DNA from: a virus
DNA length: 64,000 nt
Direction: 5' to 3' (one strand)
Virus record (IMG/VR): IMGVR_UViG_3300028608_000008
Span: 32,001 to 96,000 of that record
In this document: in pieces, positions 1 to 9,858 of the stretch
Position numbering within the stretch: position 1 is the first letter of the stretch
Layout of the letters: each line of letters starts with the position of its first letter
The notes under the pieces: generated by a model
The model's input: the letters and a program-made list of their open reading frames with translations, nothing else
Database searches by the model: none
Told to the model about the DNA's origin: nothing
Program-made: the position numbers and the translations under genes

Positions 1-2
1 TT

Positions 3-677
3 TCGCGTGCGGTGAATTACCGTCGCAACACGCTGAATCTGAACTCCAGCTACGCGGCAATGTACGCGCCGTTTGTGGAAGTGCTGGATACCGATTCCAA
101 CAAAAACATTTTCATTCCGCCTTCCGCGTTCGTCGCCGCAGCCTGTGCATTCACTGACAGCAACCGCGCCGTTTGGTTCGCGCCAGCCGGTTTGAATCGT
201 GGTCAAGTAAACGTGCGTAACCTGCGCATGCGTTACAACCAAGGCGCTCGCGATTCGTTGGATCAAGCGCAAATCAACATCATCCGCAACATTCCGGGCC
301 GTGGTTTCGTTATCATGGGCCAAGATACGTTGCAAACTTTTGCTTCCGGTTTCAGCAACTTGAACGTTCGCCGTTTGGTGAACTTCATCAAAACCAGTAT
401 CGAAGCGGCGACGATTCCGTCGGTGTTCAACCCGAACGACGAATTCGAACGTCTCAAGTTGAAAAACATTTGCGACGATTTCATGCGCCCAATCAAATCG
501 GGCCGTGGTGTTTACGAGTGGGTGACGATCTGCGATGATCGGAACAACAAACCTGCAACCATCGCAAACAACGATATCAAGCTCGACTTGATTATCGACC
601 CTGAAATCCCGGCCAAGCGCGCCCACCTCGGGGCCAACGTGCAACCGACCGGCGCCGTGACCTTCACTGAGGCATAA
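3..677 (+). CDS. Tail sheath protein, paralogue 1 (C-terminal part; gene starts before the window)
   Basis: WFAPAGLNRG, NVRRL, FNPND and IKSGRG motifs typical of T4 gp18-like sheath C-termini; collinear with 22867..24465; frame open from window start. Confidence 0.9.
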   Translation, partial: SRAVNYRRNTLNLNSSYAAMYAPFVEVLDTDSNKNIFIPPSAFVAAACAFTDSNRAVWFAPAGLNRGQVNVRNLRMRYNQGARDSLDQAQINIIRNIPGRGFVIMGQDTLQTFASGFSNLNVRRLVNFIKTSIEAATIPSVFNPNDEFERLKLKNICDDFMRPIKSGRGVYEWVTICDDRNNKPATIANNDIKLDLIIDPEIPAKRAHLGANVQPTGAVTFTEA

Positions 678-684
678 GTCAAAA

Positions 685-1329
685 ATGTCTGATCTGAAAC
701 TGCAAAAACTGATCGAAAGTCTGGAAATCGCTTCCGACGTTCGCAACATGGACGAAACGAACCCAATCGTTCACCGTCTTTCCAACCCGACCATTCGCAA
801 AGTTACCGCCATCGTTTGCGGCGTGCGTGAGCCAATGAATCTGATTCTGCCGCTCAACGTAACGTGGTTCGTTTTCGACCCACTGTCGCCGTACTACAAA
901 ATGGCGCTGCGCCGGAAATCGAAAACCACCGTCGCGAATTCCGGTTTCATTCACCAATGGGAACTGGTTGACACCATCGACCAAGTTTTCGTTGACCAAT
1001 TCTACGACGCGGAAGATACCGCGCTGCTGAATGAAAACGAACCAGTTCCAGCCGCTACCACTTTGGTTTCCGGTATCGCTCGCCTGTCGTATCCGGCGAA
1101 AGATGCTACCGATCCAATCGTGGTTGGTGAAGGCGATCCGCGTTTGACCGATGCGCGTACTCCAAAAGCGCACAGTCACCCGGAAAAACCGGCGACCAAA
1201 CTGAAAACCAAAACCAACGTTGTCACCATCGACCAATCGAAAGCCCCGGTTGTTGGTGCAACGCTGGTAGCGACAAGCCCGACTAGCGCTGAATGGCGCG
1301 TGCTGACTTCCTCCGATATCCAACGGTGA
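685..1329 (+). CDS. Virion fibre/appendage-type protein (short paralogue of the next two genes)
   Basis: GEGDPRLTDARTPKAHSH fibre-like motif; aligns by eye with N-termini of 1334..3661 and 3672..5963. Confidence 0.6.
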   Translation: MSDLKLQKLIESLEIASDVRNMDETNPIVHRLSNPTIRKVTAIVCGVREPMNLILPLNVTWFVFDPLSPYYKMALRRKSKTTVANSGFIHQWELVDTIDQVFVDQFYDAEDTALLNENEPVPAATTLVSGIARLSYPAKDATDPIVVGEGDPRLTDARTPKAHSHPEKPATKLKTKTNVVTIDQSKAPVVGATLVATSPTSAEWRVLTSSDIQR

Positions 1330-1333
1330 GCCA

Positions 1334-3661
1334 ATGCAAACTCTGACCGATTTCATCGAAGAAAAGATTGCGATTGCTGACGACTTTCGCGGTCTGGATT
1401 CGATTAACCCGGTCGAGATCGTGATCGAGGACGCGTACAAAAATAAGTACGTTGTCCTCGTTTCGCGTTTCGAACCGGACGCGGTAACTGTTCCATTCAA
1501 CGTGTGCTGGATCAACAATGATCCAAATCACAAAGACTACAAAACGCTGCAACGTCGCGTTGACGCGGAAGGCTATGACGACGGCAATTACCGTTACGTC
1601 TGGTCGGTGATTTCTACCGTCGAAGAAATCTTTACCGAATTGCAGTATTACAAAAAGGCTGCTGACCCGATTCTCGGCGAAGTCGATGATTTCGGTTTGC
1701 TGCCTGCAACCGTTTCCACTTTCGGTGCGTTCCGTGTTTCGGTCGATCCCGAAGTAGAAGACGACACCGTTTCGGTTGCCGATACCGATCCGCGCATGAG
1801 CGATGATCGTGAACCGGTTGACCATGACCACGGCGACCAAATCACCACCATGATCGCTGGCGGTTTTTCGGAAGTTGACGACGGTGAAGGTGGCACCACG
1901 CAGGAACAAAACATCGTTTACGTTTCTGCAAACCCGCCAAACAAAGGCGACATTTTTGTCGTTACCGCAGTTTCTCCAGACGGCCTGAGCTACACCGGCG
2001 AATGGAAAGCTCCGGATACTTCCATCGGTTACACCGGCCCGCTGCCAGCTTCGCTTTTGGTTGTCGGTCCCGGCGTTATCGTGGACAGCCTGACCAACCA
2101 TGTTTTGCGTGCAAACGTAACCATGGACGACGGCACCGTTTACAAATCGGTGCAGGCTGTTTGGGAAGTTATCGACAATGGCGAATGGGGTAAAGTTGGC
2201 AAAAACACTGGCGTGTTCCAAGCGCTGGAAGTTTTCGCACAACAAACCGTGCGCGTCAAAGCAACGTGGACCCATCCGGATTCCGGCGTTTCGATTTCCA
2301 ACTTCATCGACATTACCATTCGCGATGCGAGTGGCGTTGTGCGCCTGACCGGTTTGCAAATTCAAGGTCCGGGCCAGTTGGACAAAGGCGGCGCTCCGCA
2401 GCTTTATCAAGTGGTTGCAGAATACAGCAACGGCGATACCAATCTGGTAAACCCGAATTCCTTCACTTCGTCCAACGCGCAAGCGGGTACGTTTGTGAAC
2501 GGTACGCTGACTCCGCAATCGACTTTGGCCGGAAACAAAGTTACAACCCTGACCGCAAGTTTCACCAGCGGCGGCGTAACCAAAACTTCCACGCTGACTG
2601 TCACCGTGCGCGATGCTGACGTTTATCCAGACGGCATTACCATTCAGGGCGCGGGTTCGGTTAATCAGGGCACCACTTCTGATTACACCATTTCCGTTCA
2701 CTACACTGACGGTTCCACGCAAACCAAAAACGCAACTGCATGGTCGCTTTCGAGCACCACCGATGCAACCATTGCTGTTTCTGGTCGCCTGACTGCAAAA
2801 GCGATTACCGTGCCGGGCAACAAGTCGGTAACGATCAACGCTTCGCTGACCGAAAAAGGTGTGACCCTGACCGGCAGCCTCCCAGTCACCATCGTGGACA
2901 ACATCAACTATCCGGTAAGTGCGAAAATCACCGGTTCGCTTTCGGTAGCGGCTGGCGCAACTTCGCAATACACGTTGATGGTGAAATACAAAGACAACAC
3001 CGAAGTTGCGAAAACTCCTTCGGCGTGGACTTCTTCCAACACCACCAATGCGACCATCGACAACACCGGTTTGCTCACCGCGAAAAACATTTCGTCGGCT
3101 GCGACCGTTACCGTCGGTGCGACCTACTCGGAAAAGGGCGTGAATTTGTCTCCGACTTTGAACGTTCAAGTCACCGTTGCGGCACCGCAAGCGATTCGCT
3201 TCGGTATTGCGAAGTTTGCAAACAAAAACTTCACCGGTGGCATCATCGAACCGCTGACCCAACAGCAAATCGAGTACGGCGTTACCAACGACCATACTCC
3301 GGGCGGTCTGCAATACGATCATTGGGCAAACGTTCAGGCGTTCTTCAATGCCGTTATGACGCAAACCATTCCGGCAACTGGCGGCACTATTGATACTTCG
3401 GTCGGCCTCGACGAATATCTCTATGTTGCGTACCCGGCCACTATTTCCAGTCTGTCGTATCAGGATTTGGTTTCCAACTTCCCTGCGACCCTGACTGGCG
3501 TGAACTGGCCGGATGACGTAGTTGGCGAACCTTCGCCTGCGCCATCCGATGTTGCTTTGGTAAACGTCACCGTTGGCGGCGTAACTGGTCAGTGGAAAGT
3601 TCAGCGTATCGACTACGCCGGTCCGATGCAGACCAAGTTTGCTGTGACCGTAAACAACTAA
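1334..3661 (+). CDS. Ig-like (Big_2-type) repeat virion protein
   Basis: Shared N-terminal module followed by several ~90-aa Thr/Ser-rich beta repeats (e.g. AWTSSNTTNATIDNTGLLTAK). Confidence 0.75.
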   Translation: MQTLTDFIEEKIAIADDFRGLDSINPVEIVIEDAYKNKYVVLVSRFEPDAVTVPFNVCWINNDPNHKDYKTLQRRVDAEGYDDGNYRYVWSVISTVEEIFTELQYYKKAADPILGEVDDFGLLPATVSTFGAFRVSVDPEVEDDTVSVADTDPRMSDDREPVDHDHGDQITTMIAGGFSEVDDGEGGTTQEQNIVYVSANPPNKGDIFVVTAVSPDGLSYTGEWKAPDTSIGYTGPLPASLLVVGPGVIVDSLTNHVLRANVTMDDGTVYKSVQAVWEVIDNGEWGKVGKNTGVFQALEVFAQQTVRVKATWTHPDSGVSISNFIDITIRDASGVVRLTGLQIQGPGQLDKGGAPQLYQVVAEYSNGDTNLVNPNSFTSSNAQAGTFVNGTLTPQSTLAGNKVTTLTASFTSGGVTKTSTLTVTVRDADVYPDGITIQGAGSVNQGTTSDYTISVHYTDGSTQTKNATAWSLSSTTDATIAVSGRLTAKAITVPGNKSVTINASLTEKGVTLTGSLPVTIVDNINYPVSAKITGSLSVAAGATSQYTLMVKYKDNTEVAKTPSAWTSSNTTNATIDNTGLLTAKNISSAATVTVGATYSEKGVNLSPTLNVQVTVAAPQAIRFGIAKFANKNFTGGIIEPLTQQQIEYGVTNDHTPGGLQYDHWANVQAFFNAVMTQTIPATGGTIDTSVGLDEYLYVAYPATISSLSYQDLVSNFPATLTGVNWPDDVVGEPSPAPSDVALVNVTVGGVTGQWKVQRIDYAGPMQTKFAVTVNN

Positions 3662-3671
3662 GGGCAAAAAC

Positions 3672-5963
3672 GTGAACTTGAGTCAATGGGCGGAACAGCA
3701 AATCTCCATTGCTCAACTGTACCGCAACTTGTCTCAAGTGAACCCCGTAACTCTGTCCATCCAAAGCGGTGGACAGAGTTTTTCCGTTCTTGTGTCCCAC
3801 ACAGAGCCGGGGTTCAACGTTCCATTCAATGTGATTTGGGTTTACGCAGGCGAAGATTTTTACGGTGCAGTTCTCCGACGTGTTTCGGAAAACCCTTTGC
3901 CACCGTTCGCCAATGAATGGATCGAACTTGAAACCTCAGCCGAGCTTTTTTCGGAAGTGCAATACTGGCATCCGGACTTGCCCGAGCTTGGGGAAATCGA
4001 GCGATTTGCAGTTGGGCCAGCGACAACGGACAAACCCGGAATTTTTCGCACGACCACAAAGTATCGGGCCGTGGAAACCAATGCAAGGGAAATGAGCGAC
4101 GCACGCGAGGCACTGGAACACGAACACGATCAAGAACCGAATCAGTTTATTCAGGTTGGGGAATTGATAATCGACGTAAGCCAGAGCAAACCCCCAAAGG
4201 CGGGCGACGTTTTAGTAATCACAAAAATTGACGACGACGGCGTTTCAGGGGAGTGGATGCAATTGGCAGACAATGACATTCTTTATGACGGGCCGTGGCC
4301 GGTCAGTCTGCGCATCAACGGTCCGTCCGGGCCGGTAAACGAATTGACACAAGTGCAATTCACCGCAGACCTGATTTTCGAAGACGATACCGTAAAACGT
4401 ATCAAGCCGGTTTGGGAATTGAGTGACACGCTGGTAGGCACTCTTTCCGAAGACGGTATTTTTCAAGCCTACAACATCCAGCAAGATGTTACGGTAAAAA
4501 TCAAAGCGCGATTCTATCACGAAGAAACTGAAACCACGCTTTCCGCGTCGGTTGATCTTCTGGTTCGCGACGTTGACTCGAATCTGATACTCGCTAGTTT
4601 GGAAGTTTCGGGGCCGACCAACGTAAACAAAGGCGCAATCGCCACTTACACTGCGACCGCTGTTTTCACAAATGGCAGTCGTTCGCCAGTTGTTCCAGAT
4701 TACTGGCGCGTTGGTAATGCAGACGCGGGTTCGATCACTGGCGGCGGTATTTTCACTGCCAAGAAAGTTATCGGTTCGCAAGAAACACGCATCACCGCAA
4801 TGTACACGTACAAAGGTGTGACCAAGCAAGCGTTTATCGACGTTGAAGTTTTGGACACCACGGTTTATCCGCAGTCGGCGCGCATCATTGGCCCCGATAC
4901 GCTGGACGAAAACACCAATGGCACCTACAAACTTGAAGTGACGTTTATCAACGGACGTAAACAGGTTGTAGCGGTAAATGATTGGGCGCACACAAACCCA
5001 GCGGCTGGCCGCATCGGTCAATTGACTGGCACGTTTGTAGTTCCTGATCTGACCGAAAATCGCCAAACGAAAATCACCGCGTCGTATTCGCTGGAAGGTA
5101 CAACCATTGCAGCGGAGAAAGACATTTCGGTAATCGACACCACGGTCTACCCGGCCCGCATTGATATCATCGGTCCCGATTTCGTTATTGAAGGTCGCGC
5201 AGCGCAATTCAGCGCGCTGGTTTACTTCACCGATGGCACTAGCGGAACCCGTGCATTGACGTGGAAGCAAAACAGCACTGCATTCGGTTCCATTGATCCG
5301 GCCTCCGGAATCTTTACCGCAGTGGGCGATGTTGATTCTGACAAGTCGGTAAAAATCTCCACCTCGTTTACGGCAAACGGCCGCACCGTGAATGCTGAAA
5401 AAGACATTCTGGTAAAAACCACGCTCAACTTGCCAGTTAGTGCGTTGGTCACGGCACCGAGTGCTATGCGAGTTGGCGAATCGACTACGCTTTTGTTTAC
5501 GGTCACGTATGCGGACGGCACCACGGCTCGGGTTAAACCACAGTGGGCGCTTTCCAATTCAAACATTGCCTCCATTTCTGCCGACGGCCTTTTGACCGCG
5601 AAGCAAGTTTTGGAAGCGAGTGTAATAACGGTTGAAGGGACGTACAGCGCATCTGGCGTAACGATTAAAGCGCAAGCAGTCGTGACGATTAACGATTTGA
5701 TTTCGCGTCCGCTGTCCGCCAGCATTGTCGGCCCCGCTTCGGTATCCACAACCAACACAGCGCAATTCCAACTTTCGGTGAAATTCTCCGATGGTGGCGA
5801 GCGTCTGGTTGCAGGCGTTTGGCAATCGTCTGATCGCAATGTCGCGACAATTGATTCCTCCGGTATTTTGCGGCCATACGCAACGGGCGTAACCACGTTG
5901 ACGGCTGTTTATTCCGCGCAGGGGCAGACGGTTTCTTCGACAAAAGAGATTACGGTAATATGA
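3672..5963 (+). CDS. Ig-like (Big_2-type) repeat virion protein
   Basis: GTG start; shared N-terminal module; repeats such as WQSSDRNVATIDSSGILR and WALSNSNIASISADGLLTAK. Confidence 0.75.
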   Translation: MNLSQWAEQQISIAQLYRNLSQVNPVTLSIQSGGQSFSVLVSHTEPGFNVPFNVIWVYAGEDFYGAVLRRVSENPLPPFANEWIELETSAELFSEVQYWHPDLPELGEIERFAVGPATTDKPGIFRTTTKYRAVETNAREMSDAREALEHEHDQEPNQFIQVGELIIDVSQSKPPKAGDVLVITKIDDDGVSGEWMQLADNDILYDGPWPVSLRINGPSGPVNELTQVQFTADLIFEDDTVKRIKPVWELSDTLVGTLSEDGIFQAYNIQQDVTVKIKARFYHEETETTLSASVDLLVRDVDSNLILASLEVSGPTNVNKGAIATYTATAVFTNGSRSPVVPDYWRVGNADAGSITGGGIFTAKKVIGSQETRITAMYTYKGVTKQAFIDVEVLDTTVYPQSARIIGPDTLDENTNGTYKLEVTFINGRKQVVAVNDWAHTNPAAGRIGQLTGTFVVPDLTENRQTKITASYSLEGTTIAAEKDISVIDTTVYPARIDIIGPDFVIEGRAAQFSALVYFTDGTSGTRALTWKQNSTAFGSIDPASGIFTAVGDVDSDKSVKISTSFTANGRTVNAEKDILVKTTLNLPVSALVTAPSAMRVGESTTLLFTVTYADGTTARVKPQWALSNSNIASISADGLLTAKQVLEASVITVEGTYSASGVTIKAQAVVTINDLISRPLSASIVGPASVSTTNTAQFQLSVKFSDGGERLVAGVWQSSDRNVATIDSSGILRPYATGVTTLTAVYSAQGQTVSSTKEITVI

Positions 5964-7192
5964 ACATCGCCATCGCGGCAGCGCCCGCAGAATTCTCGGA
6001 ATTCACATGGTACAAAAACGCTGGGCCTGAATTCGTCTTCAAGCCCGGTAACAGCCAACACGCATTGAACGTGCAGAAAGGCGATCTGATCGGTTTGAAG
6101 AAAACCGCACGCGGCCCAACCGCAGGTCAGTATCAGGTCGTACTGGAAAAATACCCGCACATCATTTTCCGTTCGGTGAGAAAGGAAGCGGTTGAAGAAC
6201 ACCTTTCGAAATTCAAACCGTATGACGGCATTCCGGCCAAGCCTGAAAAGACTGGTCAACGCCATGCTCGGGTGAAAGTCAAAGGTGCAGACGCGCACGA
6301 CAAGCAAACCGCGCTGAAATACAAACCGGAAAAACTGCCAAAAGAAGAAGGCCAGTACGACAAAGCCAACTACCAATGGCGGGAAGTGGTTCACGGTCCA
6401 ATTCCGATTGCGACAATGCACCACAAGAAAACCCGGACGGCGCTCAAGAAAGGCGATATCATCGGTGTGCGTTTCTGGACTCCGGCGCGTGGTGGATTTA
6501 TCATCATGCCAAGCGGGGAACGCGTAAACATCAGCGAAACAACTTACGAATCTGTCACCAGCGGCGCAACCATTCTTCCGAGTGCGCGCCAGCAAGTGGG
6601 GATCGTGGTGCTGACCGACATTGCGCATCAACTGCCGAAGCGTTCGCGAATCACCAAAGTCAAACCTGAGAAGCCGTTGGAATTTGAGGATGACGACGAA
6701 TTCGAAGACGACGAGGAACACGAAACCGCGAAGCAAGTGAAGCGCGGCAAAAACTTCCTCCAGCAACACAAAGATATCGTTTCTGACTTCGAGTACGAAG
6801 ACGATGACGATGAAGACGACTTCGAAGATGACGATGATGATTTCGACGAATTCGAAGAAGACGATGATTCGGAAGAAGAAACCGAAGAATCGGAAGACGA
6901 CGATTCGGAAGATTCTGTAAATACCGAAGATGACGATACGCAATTCGTCGAAGAAGGCATGATTATTCAGTTGGCCAACGGCAAGAAACTCACCGTTGCG
7001 GCGATTGAAGAATTAGAAGTCTCCGATCTTCTGTATCTGTATGACACCGATACTGGCAACTTCCGTAAACAACCGATCCCTTCCGGGCTGGACGTGCGTA
7101 AACTTCCGGGCGGCGCCAAACTGGTTGGCCGTGCGAAAGAAGACGAACTGCAAAACATCCGGCGTCGTGTTGCTCGACTACTCCACAGGTAA
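5960..7192 (+). CDS. Hypothetical protein with long Asp/Glu tract (possible head-core protein)
   Basis: 410-aa ORF overlapping the upstream stop (ATGA); D/E tract ~6690-6940; N-terminus MNIAIAAAP. Confidence 0.6.
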   Translation: MNIAIAAAPAEFSEFTWYKNAGPEFVFKPGNSQHALNVQKGDLIGLKKTARGPTAGQYQVVLEKYPHIIFRSVRKEAVEEHLSKFKPYDGIPAKPEKTGQRHARVKVKGADAHDKQTALKYKPEKLPKEEGQYDKANYQWREVVHGPIPIATMHHKKTRTALKKGDIIGVRFWTPARGGFIIMPSGERVNISETTYESVTSGATILPSARQQVGIVVLTDIAHQLPKRSRITKVKPEKPLEFEDDDEFEDDEEHETAKQVKRGKNFLQQHKDIVSDFEYEDDDDEDDFEDDDDDFDEFEEDDDSEEETEESEDDDSEDSVNTEDDDTQFVEEGMIIQLANGKKLTVAAIEELEVSDLLYLYDTDTGNFRKQPIPSGLDVRKLPGGAKLVGRAKEDELQNIRRRVARLLHR

Positions 7193-7195
7193 CTC

Positions 7196-9160
7196 ATGAA
7201 CATTGATAAGCAGATTTTGCGGACCATTGAGCGCGATCCACTTGCCTACGCAAAGGGCTTGAAAAAGACCGCGCTCAAAAACTTCCTCAATGCGTTGGAC
7301 GATGCTTATCATGACGACGGTGAATCGCCGGTTTCCGATGAAGCCTACGATATCATGGCCGAAAACTACACCGCTCGATTCGGTATGACTGGATCGGGCG
7401 CTGAACCAAAAATTGGTGCGCCGGTAAAAGGTGGCGGGAAAGTTGTGTTGCCTGTTCCGATGGGCAGTCTCAACAAACTGAAACCCGGCGTAACCCAATT
7501 GCCGATTTTCCTTTCGGCGGGTGGGCCTTACGTTGTCAGTGATAAAGAAGACGGTATCAGCCTCGAAATCGTTTATGATTCCGGCATTCCGCAGCGTGCG
7601 TTTACTCGCGGTGATGGCAAGATTGGTAAAGACGTTTCCGGCGTGCTGCCTGCATTGCGTATTCCGCAGCGCATTTCGGAAAAAGGCGAATTCATCATTC
7701 GTGGTGAATTCACTGCTGACAAGGCGGTGTTCCAAAAACACTACGCCGAAGAATTTGCTACCAGCCGAAACCACGGCGGTGGCCTGCTGAATCGCAACCA
7801 GCCGAGCGAACACGTCACGCGTTACAAGTTTGTTGTGTACGAAGTGATGAAAGGCAAAAACGCTGGCGTGAAGAAAAGCGCGCAGCTTACTTTCCTGAAA
7901 ACACTGGGCTTCACGGTCGTGCCGTGGAAATCGTATCCGACGCTCTCCGAAGAAAAACTGGTGCAGTTGCACAACCTACGCAAAGGCGGAAAAGCAAAAC
8001 GCGATATCGACGGCATTGTTGTCGAGCGTGATATTCCGTACAAGGTCGTACAGTCCGGAAACCCGACGCACGCTTACGCTTTCAAAATCAACAGCCTCGA
8101 ATCGTCGCTGTTGGTGAAAGTGAAAGATGTTGTTTGGGAAGAAAGCCGCCTCGGCCGTTTGATTCCGCGTGTGCAGATTGAACCAACCTTGATCGGCGGC
8201 GTGATGGTCGAGTGGTTTACCGGCCACAACAACTTCTTTATCGAACACGGTTACAAAAACGAATTCAAAGGCAAGAAAAAGCCGCCGTATGAACCGCGCC
8301 CGATCAACAAAGGCGCGATGATTCGGGTGATTCGTTCGGGCGACGTGATTCCCTATATCATGGCCGTGGAGAAAGCTGCAAAAACTCCGTCGAAGCCAAG
8401 CGTTCCGTACCGTGTAGATGGTGTGCATTTAATGCACGTTACTGTCGGCATCAAAACGAATCTGCGCGTTGTAAAAGAACTCACTCACTTCTTTACCGTT
8501 ATCGAAGTGGATGGTTTGAAACAAGGCACGGTACAGAAACTGGTAGACGCCGGAATCGACACCGTGAAGAAAATCCTGAATGTCAAAGTTGCACGTCTGC
8601 TAGAACTCGAAGGGTTCCAGCGCACCAGCGCCACCGCACTTGTGGCGAATCTGGCAAAAGCGAAAGCAAACATGACGTTTGGCAATGTCGCAAAAGGCTC
8701 CGGCGCATTCGGTGACAAGATTGGCGCTACGCGTCTGGCGGCAGTTGAAGAATCCATTCCAGATATTCTCGACCGGGTTAATTTACCGGAAAGGGAATTG
8801 GAAATAATGATTCGCGGCATCAGGGGCTTCAAAGAACTGGCCGCACAGATTGCGCAGAACCTACCGAATTTCGTCAAGTTCCTCAAGCGCAACGGAATCG
8901 AACTGGTTGAAACTAAGAAGGAAGCGGTAGTCGGCGCGGCCATGAAAGGCCAAGCGGTATTGTTTACTTCTGTTCGTGATGCAGCGTTGCAAAAGTGGAT
9001 TGTTCAGCAAGGGGGCAAGATCGCTTCCACTGTGAATCAGGCAACGATGCTTATCATTAAAGAAGAAGGCGTCAGCAATAACAAAACCGTAATTGCTGAT
9101 ACTAAAAAGATCCCAATCTTAACGCTTGAGAAGTTCAAGCGAAAATACAAGGTGCAGTAA
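7196..9160 (+). CDS. ligA: NAD-dependent DNA ligase
   Basis: Domain Ia YH..GESPVSDEAYD, PMGSLNK, catalytic KEDG (KxDG), AFTRGDG, DIDGIVV, OB-fold RSGDVIP, HhH repeats, BRCT-like C-terminus. Confidence 0.95.
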   Translation: MNIDKQILRTIERDPLAYAKGLKKTALKNFLNALDDAYHDDGESPVSDEAYDIMAENYTARFGMTGSGAEPKIGAPVKGGGKVVLPVPMGSLNKLKPGVTQLPIFLSAGGPYVVSDKEDGISLEIVYDSGIPQRAFTRGDGKIGKDVSGVLPALRIPQRISEKGEFIIRGEFTADKAVFQKHYAEEFATSRNHGGGLLNRNQPSEHVTRYKFVVYEVMKGKNAGVKKSAQLTFLKTLGFTVVPWKSYPTLSEEKLVQLHNLRKGGKAKRDIDGIVVERDIPYKVVQSGNPTHAYAFKINSLESSLLVKVKDVVWEESRLGRLIPRVQIEPTLIGGVMVEWFTGHNNFFIEHGYKNEFKGKKKPPYEPRPINKGAMIRVIRSGDVIPYIMAVEKAAKTPSKPSVPYRVDGVHLMHVTVGIKTNLRVVKELTHFFTVIEVDGLKQGTVQKLVDAGIDTVKKILNVKVARLLELEGFQRTSATALVANLAKAKANMTFGNVAKGSGAFGDKIGATRLAAVEESIPDILDRVNLPERELEIMIRGIRGFKELAAQIAQNLPNFVKFLKRNGIELVETKKEAVVGAAMKGQAVLFTSVRDAALQKWIVQQGGKIASTVNQATMLIIKEEGVSNNKTVIADTKKIPILTLEKFKRKYKVQ

Positions 9161-9538
9161 ATGTCCGATCAACAAATCGTCCAAGAAACTCCTGCTGTAG
9201 ATGCCGACACCAACACCGGCAGCGATCAGCAAGTTCTTTCTTTCGAAGACCGCCTGAATGCGGCTCCTGTTTTCGCCGCTGGCAAACTGCGCCTCTCGCT
9301 CACCGAGGGCAACGCACGAATTGGCGTGACGATTTTCGGCAAGCGCGGTTCCGTCGGGATCAGCTTGAAGGAAGTTGAAAAAGCAAAACGCTACGCCGTG
9401 CAAGTCAGTCCGCACCACGCATACGGAAACAGCTTCCCGTCGTTCCCGTATTTCGTCAATCGCTCCGAACTGGACGCGATGAACCTTATCACCCGCGTGG
9501 CGATTGCGATTTACGAGGCCGATCAATGTCCGAAGTAA
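9161..9538 (+). CDS. Hypothetical protein
   Basis: 125-aa ORF abutting the ligase stop. Confidence 0.6.
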   Translation: MSDQQIVQETPAVDADTNTGSDQQVLSFEDRLNAAPVFAAGKLRLSLTEGNARIGVTIFGKRGSVGISLKEVEKAKRYAVQVSPHHAYGNSFPSFPYFVNRSELDAMNLITRVAIAIYEADQCPK

Positions 9539-9846
9539 ATCGACTTCTGCAAAGTATTGAACGGGTGCGCTCTGGCGCGCTCAACATCACCGTAGCAGAA
9601 CACGAAGCAAAAGACGGACGCGCAGAACGTTTGTCCGTTGTGCTGTTTGACCATTACGTTGTCGTCGTGACGATCAGCGCCGTTGGCAAACACTGGCAAA
9701 TCACCGAAGTAAAAGCAGACACACACTTCGACCGGATCGAGTGGCCTACTGATATGCAGGTCGCGAAAACTCCCGAAGGTGCTTTTACCATCATCGAAGC
9801 CGTTATTGATTGCGCGGCAAAGGCACATCCGCCTGTAGCTGCGTAA
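9526..9846 (+). CDS. Hypothetical protein
   Basis: 106-aa ORF, GAGG RBS upstream, operon packing. Confidence 0.6.
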   Translation: MSEVNRLLQSIERVRSGALNITVAEHEAKDGRAERLSVVLFDHYVVVVTISAVGKHWQITEVKADTHFDRIEWPTDMQVAKTPEGAFTIIEAVIDCAAKAHPPVAA

Positions 9847-9858
9847 CTGGAGAACGAA

